A stretch of DNA of 14,262 nucleotides from positions 1-14,262 of the forward strand of contig NW_021825887.1 in NCBI RefSeq assembly GCF_006345805.1, written 5' to 3'. Every line of letters starts with the position of its first letter. Within the stretch, counting starts at the first letter, position 1. Of this stretch, positions 1-7,960 are shown piece by piece. The position numbers and the translations under genes were made by a program. The notes beneath the pieces are model-generated. The model ran no database searches. It was not told where the DNA came from and saw only the letters and a list, made by a program, of their open reading frames with translations. The stretch comes from Octopus sinensis. Its lineage: Eukaryota.

Positions 1-856
1 GACCCGGGACTTATTCTTTGTAAGCCCAGTTACTTATTCTATCGGTCTCTTTTGCCGAACTGCTAAGTGACAGGGACGTAAGCATACCAGCATCGGTTGT
101 CAAGCAATGCTAGGGGGACAAACACACACACAAACACACATACATATATACGACAGGCTTCTTTCAGTTTCCGTCTACCAAATCCACTCACAAGGCATTG
201 GTCGGCCCAGGGATATAGCAGAAGACACTTGCCCTAGATGCCACGCAGTGGGACTGAACCCGGAACCATGTGGTTGGTTAGCAAGCTACTTACCACACAG
301 CCACTCCTATGCCTATTTTTATACATATATACGACAGGCTTCTTTCAGTTTCCGTCTACCAAATCCACTCACAAGGCATTGGTCGGCCCAGGGATATAGC
401 AGAAGACACTTGCCCAAGATGCCACACAGTGGGACTGAACCCGGAACTATGTGGTTGGTTAGCAAGCTACTTACCACACAGCCACACCTATGCCTATTTT
501 TATACATATATACGACAGGCTTCTTTCAGTTTCCGTCTACCAAATCCGCTCACAAGGCATTGGTCAGCCCAGGGATATAGCAGAAGACACTTGCCCAAGA
601 TGCCACACAGTGGGACTGAACCCGGAACCATGTGGTTGGTTAGCAAGCTACTTACCACACAGCCACTCCTATGCCTATTTTTATACATATATACGACAGG
701 CTTCTTTCAGTTTCCGTCTACCAAATCCACTCACAAGGCATTGGTCGGCCCGGGGCTATAGCAGAAGACACTTGCCCAAGATGCCACACAGTGGGACTGA
801 ACCCGGAACCATGTGGTTGGTTAGCAAGCTACTTACCACACAGCCACTCCTGCGCC
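1..856 (-). mobile_element. tRNA-derived SINE (family A, CORE-SINE-like) with its 5' module in 4 tandem copies
   Basis: Reverse complement of the element at 5284..5740. Period 181 bp (ATACATATATACGACAGG at 140, 321, 502, 683). 5' end GGCGCAGGAGTGGC at 856. Body and tail at 1..139 run off the window start. Confidence 0.9.
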
Positions 857-867
857 TATCGTGTAAC

Positions 868-1134
868 ATAAAAGGGAAAACTTGGAACTCTCCGAATTTC
901 AAAGGGGTCGTATTGTGGGTCAATGTGAAGGTGGACTTGGAGTAAAAACACAGAAAACCTAAGGGTCCTGCTTGTTTAATAAGAGTGATTGTGCAATTCA
1001 CCAGAGAAAGGGAAGGAGTCCACATCCCCTTGCCCAGGTCGACCAGGGCCTTCAGAGGACCTTTGATTTGTTAAGAGAAGTGTGGAGGATAATAAACAGA
1101 ACAAGTTGATGTGAGTCCCAGAACAGTTGTCAGG
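868..1134 (+). mobile_element. Decayed Tc1/mariner transposase N-terminal (paired-like HTH) remnant
   Basis: Manual translation across frameshifts: ELSEFQRGRIVGQCEGGL (885..938), RVIVQFTRE (982..1008), GKESTSPCPGRPGPSE (1010..1057), FVKRSVEDN (1067..1093), QVDVSPRTVVR (1102..1134). This matches the known Tc1 pattern LS.F.RG.IVG...GRP. Cut at ~1137 by the SINE B array. No TIR seen. Confidence 0.8.
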
Positions 1135-1137
1135 AAT

Positions 1138-1886
1138 CTTATTTCTTTATTGCCCACAAGAGGCTAAACCTAGAGAGGACAAAGAAGGACAGACAAACGG
1201 ATTAAGTCGATTACATCGACCCCCAGTGTGTAACTAGTACTTATTTAATCAACCCCGAAAGGATGAAAGGTAAAGTCGACCTCGGCGGAATTTGAACTCA
1301 GAACGTAACGCTAGACGAAATACCTATTTCGTTATTGCCCACAAGGAGCTAAACACAGAGAGGAAAAACAAGGACAGACAAAGGGATTAAGTCGATTAAA
1401 TAGACCCCAGTGTATAGCTGGTACTTAATTTATCGACCCTGAAAGGATGAAAGGCAAAGTCGACCTCGGCGGAATTTGAACTCAGAACGTAACGCTAGAC
1501 AAAATACCTATTTCTTTATTACCCACAAGGGGCTAAACATAGAGAGGAAAAACAAGGACAGACAAACGGATTAAGTCGATTAAATAGACCCCAGTGTGTA
1601 ACTGGTACTTAATTTATCGACCCCGAAAGGATGAAAGGCAAAGTCGACCTCGGCGGAATTTGAACTCAGAACGTAACGGCAGACGAAATACCTATTTCTT
1701 TATTACCCACAAGGGGCTAAACATAGAGGGGACAAAGAAGGACAGAGTAGGGATTAAGTCAATTATATTGACCCCAGTGCATAACTGGTACTTAATTTAT
1801 CGACCCCGAAAGGATGAAAGGCAAAGTTGACCATGGTGGAATTTGAACTCAGAATGTAACAGCAGATTAAACACCGCTAAGCATTT
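1138..1886 (-). mobile_element. tRNA-derived SINE (family B), 4 tandem ~184-bp units, 5'-truncated
   Basis: Units start at 1140, 1325, 1509, 1693 (periods 185/184/184). Each has a B-box-like GAGTTCAAATTCC on the minus strand (e.g. 1287..1299) and a conserved CCTTTCATCCTTTCGGGGTCGAT-type body. Only the last unit extends into extra head sequence (1876..1886). Confidence 0.85.
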
Positions 1887-2035
1887 ATATAACACTCAAA
1901 TAACGAATAACAAATATACATACATCCCCTAACTGCTTCCCCGCTCCACCAACCTGTTCCCAAATTTCTTAAAAATAAAGTAGAAATATAAAACCGACGA
2001 TGGCCGTCACCAAAGAAAAATAAAATAAAATAAAA

Positions 2036-2361
2036 TAAAATAAAATAAAATAAAATAAATTAAAATAAAATAAAATAAAATAAAATAAAATAAAATAAAA
2101 TAAATTAAAATAAAATAAAATAAAATAAAATAAATAAAATAATAAAATAAAATAAAATAAATTAAAATAAATTAAAATAAAATAAAATAATAAAATTAAA
2201 ATAAAATAAAATAAAATAAAAAAATAAATTAAATAAAATAAAATAAAATAAAATAAATTAAAAAAAATAATATATATAATACAAAAATAAAATAAAATAA
2301 AATAAAATAAATTAATAATTAAAAATAAAATAAAATAAAATAAAATAAAATAAAATAAAAT
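2036..2361. repeat. (TAAAA)n pentanucleotide microsatellite
   Basis: Seen directly: ~325 bp, imperfect. Confidence 0.97.
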
Positions 2362-2630
2362 TGCCAGGGATTTTTTTTATTGTTTTTTCTTTGATGAATG
2401 AACGCAAAAGAAAAAAAAATCAATAAGATGTATTCATCAATATTAGTAGTTTATAAAGGCTGCCTGCTTGCTTGCTGCATGCTACGGCACTGCATGTAAA
2501 GACCACAGCATTTGCTGTTTGATGTTGTCACGTTTGTTTAACAGAGTGAAGATGGAAGTAGTTCTTCGGAGGCAGCGGAGTCGGGGAGAAGGTTCTGAAT
2601 ACTGCTGGGAGGAAGATGTGGTTTGAGAGA

Positions 2631-2746
2631 TTGTTCTAGAAATCTTTTTTTTTTTTACATTTTTTTATTATTATTTTTTTTTTTTTTTCTAGAGCAGCGT
2701 TGAATGTTCTAGATTTTGTTCTAGAAGATTTTAGAATCGTTCTAGA
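2631..2746. promoter_or_regulatory. Cluster of TTCTAGA / nGAAn inverted pentamers, resembling heat-shock elements
   Basis: TCTAGA at 2635, 2688, 2708, 2720, 2741. gTTCtaGAAgaTTTtaGAAt (2718..2737) gives four correctly phased pentamers with one mismatch. tGAAtgTTCtaGAt (2701..2714) gives three with one mismatch. Function not shown. Confidence 0.3.
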
Positions 2747-2764
2747 TTTGTGCTTTGAAATATT

Positions 2765-2884
2765 GCTGTCAAGTTTTTTGGCACAAGGCCAGCAATTTTG
2801 AAGAGGCAGGTAAGTAGGTTACATCAACCCCAGTGCACAACTGGTATTTATTTTATCGATCCAGAAATAATTAAAGGCAAAGTC
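2765..2884 (-). mobile_element. Degenerate fragment of a SINE B-related element with a different 3' tail
   Basis: 2817..2884 aligns to the SINE B unit (ttacatcaaccccagtgcacaactggtatttattttatcga...aaaggcaaagtc). The left part (ggcacaaggccagcaatttt) differs from the array units. It ends abruptly in the (AAT)n tract. Confidence 0.65.
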
Positions 2885-2918
2885 AATAATAATAATGATA
2901 ATAATGATGATGATGATG

Positions 2919-2970
<52 letters not shown>

Positions 2971-3016
2971 TAATAATAATGATAATAATAATAATGATAT
3001 TAATAATAATAATGAT

Positions 3017-3051
<35 letters not shown>

Positions 3052-3067
3052 TAATAATAATAATGAT

Positions 3068-3117
<50 letters not shown>

Positions 3118-3183
3118 CAATAATAATAATAATAATAAGGATAATAAAGATAATAATGATAATAATAATAATAATAATAATGC

Positions 3184-3216
<33 letters not shown>

Positions 3217-3299
3217 TGATGATAATAATAATAACAATAATAATAATATTAATAATAATAATAATAATAAGGATAATAAGGATAATAATGATAATAATG

Positions 3300-3350
<51 letters not shown>
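2885..3350. repeat. (AAT)n microsatellite with GAT/AAC/ATT variants
   Basis: Seen directly. Produces the poly-N, poly-I and poly-L ORFs in the track. Confidence 0.97.
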
Positions 3351-3353
<3 letters not shown>

Positions 3354-3917
3354 CCTGCATCCTGCCCTGATGCAGTACCAGGCAGTGGCTCTCATGGTTT
3401 CTGATCTTAACTGATTGGAAGTGTTATCATGTACATTGTTTAGTCTTGGTATAAAAAGATGGGATACAGCAAATATTCTGCTCAATACCACAGATTTGCT
3501 TGTCAGTTGTTTGACCTTAACCAGTTGACATGTCCCTTAGTGGCTGACGATATGTGCATCTCTGATCACAAGCAGAAGTAGTGGGGGAGCATCATAGCCA
3601 TGTGTTGAGAGGGACTCTTTGGGTTTTGGATAATTCACCTCTGAAAACATGGGAGTTTCGTTCAACATCCTTAAACAACCCTTATTCAGGGACCTTTTGA
3701 GTGGGATGGGTTACTCAACCAGAAGAAAATTCTAACTGGGCCCCACCTGCAAGGTCATGTGCTGTTTATCTTGATATGAGATCACCATGTCGCGCACATG
3801 GTTGTGATGCATGTGCCTGGTGTACCCTTATCAGACGGGTGGTCATGATGGGTATACTGGGCTTCGTATATTTTACCCCACTGTCACTTTGATGGCATGC
3901 ACTGCTTTCTCTCATTC
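3351..3917 (+). mobile_element. 567-bp unclassified insert bounded by (AAT)n; probable 5'-truncated non-LTR retroelement 3' end
   Basis: GC-richer block with sharp borders against AAT tracts on both sides. Its last ~40 bp recur at 4290..4330, again between AAT tracts. No ORF confirms the class. Confidence 0.55.
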
Positions 3918-3988
3918 AATAATAATAATAATAATAATAATGATGATGATGGTGATGATGATGATGATGATGATGATGATAATAATAA

Positions 3989-4032
<44 letters not shown>

Positions 4033-4043
4033 TTAATAATAAT
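3918..4043. repeat. Compound (AAT)n-(GAT)n-(AAT)n microsatellite
   Basis: Seen directly. Confidence 0.95.
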
Positions 4044-4240
4044 GTAATCTCAAATTTTAAAACAGACACATGATTTTCTTGTTGTTTCTTAAACATTCTC
4101 TAGAACAACACTATGTACAAAACCAAATATATGGCACCCTAGACATAACACCAACATGAACTTCTAACTTGTTGTCTCTTGAGGTCTCTGTGTGAGACTT
4201 GGAGCCAACTTGTACAAATGCAAAGCAAAAGTCAAACATA

Positions 4241-4241
<1 letters not shown>
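4044..4241 (+). mobile_element. ~200-bp unclassified insert between two AAT tracts; possible retroelement 3' UTR
   Basis: Non-repetitive island bounded by AAT on both sides. The class is inferred from context only. Confidence 0.3.
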
Positions 4242-4291
<50 letters not shown>

Positions 4292-4428
4292 CCCAGTGTC
4301 ACTTTGATGGCATGCACTGCTGTCTCACTCAATAATGATAATGATGATGATGATGATGATGATAACAATAATAACAACAACAACAATAGTAATAATAACA
4401 ATAATAATAATAACAACAACAATAATAA
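4242..4428. repeat. (AAT)n then (AAT/GAT/AAC)n tracts containing a 41-bp copy (4290..4330) of the 3' end of the 3351..3917 element
   Basis: An exact 25-nt core, TGTCACTTTGATGGCATGCACTGCT, is shared by 3882..3906 and 4297..4321. Confidence 0.9.
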
Positions 4429-5171
4429 AAATGAAACAAGCAAGTATATTGAGTTTTACTACATCTGTTTCCATAGCAAAATTTTATTAATAAAAATACA
4501 ATATACAATTTGACATGTAACAACAATATTCAACATCATATGACTTTATGTAAGAGTGTATTTCCATAAAATGTCACTTTGTGGATATTTTTTGCTGATA
4601 TGCCACCAAAAATGGAATAGCAGCACATGACAATACAGCAAAAGGATAAAAGTATACAGACTGCTTGATTTGGGAGACTTGGAAACAGAGGCAGTATTTA
4701 TGTGTGTGTGTGTGTGTATGTACGGAAAATATAAGGAGTTTTTGTCAAATAATGACATTAGGTAATAGGTATGTCCTGTGAGTCCTCAGTTTGGTTTACC
4801 ACCTAAACTTTGGCTTGAACAGCAAGTGAAAAATGGTGTTGAGACTATCAGAGGTGGCTAGAAGTGGTTTCTCCTTGAGCAGGTAGATATAGATTAAAGT
4901 AAAAATGAAAAAGTAGAAAGTTTGGCATCACTTGAAAAAGGGCATTTAAAATTTAGACAGAGAATATAAACATTGAGGGTTTCTTACAGCTGTTTCTAGA
5001 ATAGCCAAGCATGTGGATTCTTCCATATGCTGAGTAATCCATCATCAGAGAGGGAGAAGTCAGAGAGATGTAAAAATGAGGGAAGGTCTGCAGTCGAGGA
5101 CATTAGTGTATTCCAGTTTGTCAAGAATGGGGGAAGGATTAGAGTAAAATAGGTATGAGTTACATACTTTC

Positions 5172-5176
<5 letters not shown>

Positions 5177-5212
<36 letters not shown>

Positions 5213-5226
5213 TGTGTCTGTGTGTA
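5177..5226. repeat. (TG)n microsatellite
   Basis: Seen directly. A shorter (TG)n tract lies at ~4701..4720. Confidence 0.95.
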
Positions 5227-5283
5227 TTAAGGCTACCATTGGTTTCATGTTTAGAAAAATATCTTAATATCTTAACAATTATA

Positions 5284-5450
5284 GGTGCAGGAGTGGCTGT
5301 GTGGTAAGTAGCTTGTTTACCAACCACATGGTTCCGGGTTCAGTCCCACTGCGTGGCACTTTGGGCAAGTGTCTTCTGCTATAGCCTCGGGCCGACCAAC
5401 GCCTTGTGAGTGGATTTGGTAGACGGAAACTGAAAGAAGCCCGTCGTATA

Positions 5451-5497
<47 letters not shown>

Positions 5498-5740
5498 TGT
5501 GTGTGTGTGTGTATGTGTGTTTGTGTGTCTGTGTTTGTCCCCCTAGCATTGCTTGACAACCGATGCTGGTGTGTTTACGTCCCCGTTACCTAGTGGTTTG
5601 GCAAAAGAGACCGATAGAATAAGTACTGGGCTTACAAAAGAATAAGTCCCGGGGTCGGGTTGCTCGATTAAAGGCGGTGCTCCAGCATGGCCACAGTCAA
5701 ATGACTGAAACAAGTAAAAGAGTAAAAGAGTAAAGAGTAA
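5284..5740 (+). mobile_element. Full-length tRNA-derived SINE family A
   Basis: A-box-like TGGCTGTGTGG (5294..5304) and B-box-like GGTTCAGTCC (5337..5346). A CTTTGGGCAAGTG motif resembles the CORE-SINE core. Internal (TA)n(GT)n and 3' tail (GAGTAAAA)n. Possible short TSD AATTAT (5277..5282 / 5739..5744). Confidence 0.92.
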
Positions 5741-5866
5741 TTATTCAAGTCAGGAGATCCTACTTTGAAAAGGATTAGAGTTTTGTAAATTGTCTGAAAT
5801 TAATGTCTCTCCTCAAAAGTCTCAAGACTTCTGGAATACCTTTCATATTACATATTTCTTCCTGCT

Positions 5867-6568
5867 CTATTCCTTATAGATACCATACACAATGGCCGTA
5901 CAGTACCAGCTGTTTGCTTCATATGTATAGCAGGCACAGCCATCAGTCCGGTCGTCCCACGAACACCGGCTGCTCACTGTTGCATCCTGATCTTTCTTTT
6001 CGCCCAGGACCACATAACAGACAATCTTATAACGGTCAAACTCCAGCGCTTTCACATAGTCCTTGATCTCATCGCTCAGATACATGACCAGTCTAGCCCC
6101 TGCTTTCGGCGCGTACTCCACATTGCGTAGGTTCTCAGCAAGGGTGCGTTTTATCACCGCCAAAGGGCTCGTCTCTTTCGGGAATCGTCTCAGTGGTTCC
6201 ATTCTGTAAGTTGGCTCATGTTTCGCACCTGTTCCCAGTGAAGTCCCAGGTGCTGCTGCTGTGGTTGCTACACCTGATGTCGTCACCGTCGCAGCCACTC
6301 CCACCGCGTTCTGACCATGGCGTCTTTCATACAGACGGGTTGAGATTTTCTTGGCCAGTCTCTTAGATGTCAATAAACCAAGGAGGGACGGCATACTGCT
6401 TATTTCTTTCGTTCTCTCTACGTTCTGGACAAAAAGGCTTGACCGCCTCATTAATGAGTGTTCTGGCTTCGCGACCTCTGAGGTCATCCTCTTTCCACTC
6501 ACACTAACACCATTGCTGCTGCTAGGTCTGACATCAGTGCAACCATCATTGCTGGTATTCATTATCAT
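5867..6568 (-). CDS. TCTEX1D1: Tctex-1 domain-containing dynein light chain (TCTEX1D1/DYNLT5-like), 233 aa from first ATG, no intron in CDS
   Basis: C-terminal ~116 aa (5870..6217) carry Tctex-1 family hallmarks: EPTYRMEP..F, LSDEIKDYVKAL, RYKIVCYVVLGE, SRCSWDDRTD and a terminal VYGIYKE* (TAG at 5869..5867). The track start at 6580 is TTG; the first ATG is 6568..6566 and a second in-frame ATG is 6562..6560. An in-frame TAA lies upstream at 6592..6590. The family call is strong; the exact paralogue/symbol is only a best guess. Confidence 0.88.
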   Translation of the reverse strand: MIMNTSNDGCTDVRPSSSNGVSVSGKRMTSEVAKPEHSLMRRSSLFVQNVERTKEISSMPSLLGLLTSKRLAKKISTRLYERRHGQNAVGVAATVTTSGVATTAAAPGTSLGTGAKHEPTYRMEPLRRFPKETSPLAVIKRTLAENLRNVEYAPKAGARLVMYLSDEIKDYVKALEFDRYKIVCYVVLGEKKDQDATVSSRCSWDDRTDGCACYTYEANSWYCTAIVYGIYKE

Positions 6569-7535
6569 TTCAATCAACAATACCTTCTGTTAAATTATCC
6601 TTATTGAATGCTTTTTGGCTTGTTTTGGTGTATCTGTCAAGTATGTGTCAATCGTCACTCATTAATAATCAGTCAACAATACTTTCTATCAAAATGTCCA
6701 TACTGAGCTTTCTTTGGCTTGTTTTGGTGTATCTACCCTGTATGTGTCAATCGTCACTCATTAATAATCAGTCAACAATACTTTCTATCAAAATGTCCAT
6801 ACTGAGCTTTCTTTGGCTTGTTTTGGTGTATCTACCAAGTATGTGTCAATCGTCACTCATTAATAATCAGTCAACAATACTTTCTATCAAAATGTCCATA
6901 CTGAGCTTTCTTTGGCTTGTTTTGGTGTATCAACCAAGTATGTGTCAATCGTCACTCATTAATAATCAGTCAACAATACTTTCTATCAAAATGTCCGTAC
7001 TGAGCTTTCTTTGGCTTATTTTGGTGTATCTATCAATCGTCACTCATTAGCAATCAATCAACAAAACCTTGTTAAAATGTCCCTGTTGAATATTTTGGGG
7101 CTTGTTTTGATGTATCTGTCAAGTATGTGTCAATCGTCACTCATTAATAATCAATCAACAATACCTTGTTAAAATGTCCCTGCTGAATATTTTGGGGCTT
7201 GTTTTGATGTATCTGTCAAGTATGTGTCAATCGTCACTCATTAATAATCAATCAACAATACCTTGTTAAAATGTCCCTATTTGTGGACTTGTTTTGGTGT
7301 ATCTGTCAAGTATGTGTCAATCGTCACTCATTAATAATCAATCAACAATACCTTGTTAAAATGTCCCTATTTGTGGACTTGTTTTGGTGTATCTGTCAAG
7401 TATGTGTCAATCGTCACTCATTAACAATCAGTCAACAATACCCTCTGTTAAGAAGCCACGACTGAGATTTCTTTGGTTTGTTTCAGTGTAGCTGTCAAAG
7501 TTTCAATCATCACTCATTAACCATCAATCACTGAA
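6556..7535. repeat. Minisatellite, ~11 units of 88-100 bp in subtype blocks (99, 97, 90 bp)
   Basis: Anchor CACTCATTA at 6656, 6755, 6854, 6953, 7041, 7138, 7235, 7325, 7415, 7511. A diverged first copy (TATTCATTA) at 6556 overlaps the CDS start. Confidence 0.93.
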
Positions 7536-7960
7536 CAAACAACAATTGTCAATTATTTCTAGTAAAAATAGCATCTGTCTTGATATTCTTTCTTGTTTAT
7601 GTTATTCATAAATCAATCAGCAATCAGCTATCAAGATTCATTCTGAATTGTCGGTTACAAATCACAAAAAAACTCATTCGATGCTTTTTGCTTCAGCGAA
7701 GAAAAAAAAAATCATTCTCTCCTCCTTCAAGAATTATGAAAAGTAAAGATAATAAAAAAACTATCAAACACAAACAAGCAAAAAAAACACGAAAATTACA
7801 TAAATATATATAATGCACAATTAAAAATAAGTGCAAAGGTTACAATTAAAAACGAAGAAATTTAAGAATATCTAAAACAAAATTCAAAACGTACAGTGTA
7901 AAATTAAAAATTCAAAGGCAAAATTAAAAATATGTTTTACAAAAATTAAATATATTTATA

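Noticed and set aside
107-945. Overlapping 150-aa ORFs with repeated peptides
   Set aside because: They are translations of the antisense 181-bp SINE units. The same peptides recur at 5317..5559, 7994..8535 and 10244..10471.
2798-3491. Poly-Asn, poly-Leu, poly-Ile and poly-Tyr ORFs (also 3811..4526)
   Set aside because: Artefacts of (AAT)n, which lacks stops in some frames.
3875-3884. ACCCCA(G/C)TG shared between the AAT-flanked element end and SINE B
   Set aside because: Only ~9 nt with no flanking similarity; likely chance.
4965-5155. Possible decayed retroelement ORF on the minus strand (LILPPFLTNWNTLMSSTADLPSFLHLSD; WITQHMEESTCLAILETAVRNP)
   Set aside because: No motif I can assign and no second copy in the window. 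It needs a repeat-library search.
5284-5360. tRNA gene
   Set aside because: A- and B-boxes are present, but I could not fold a full cloverleaf. It runs straight into a SINE body found many times in the window.
5803-6593. Plus-strand ORFs 5803..6066 and 6351..6593
   Set aside because: Antisense shadows of the Tctex-1 CDS with no recognisable motifs.
6604-7050. 148-aa hydrophobic repeat ORF resembling a signal peptide or membrane protein
   Set aside because: It stays open only because the 99-bp unit is a multiple of 3 and it ends where unit length changes. The start is TTG and there is no family signature.
6556-7535. CRISPR-like regular array
   Set aside because: Whole units repeat with no unique spacers, no cas genes are present, and the context is eukaryotic.
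7580-7813. Lys-rich 77-aa ORF
   Set aside because: Results from A-rich composition; TTG start and no domain.
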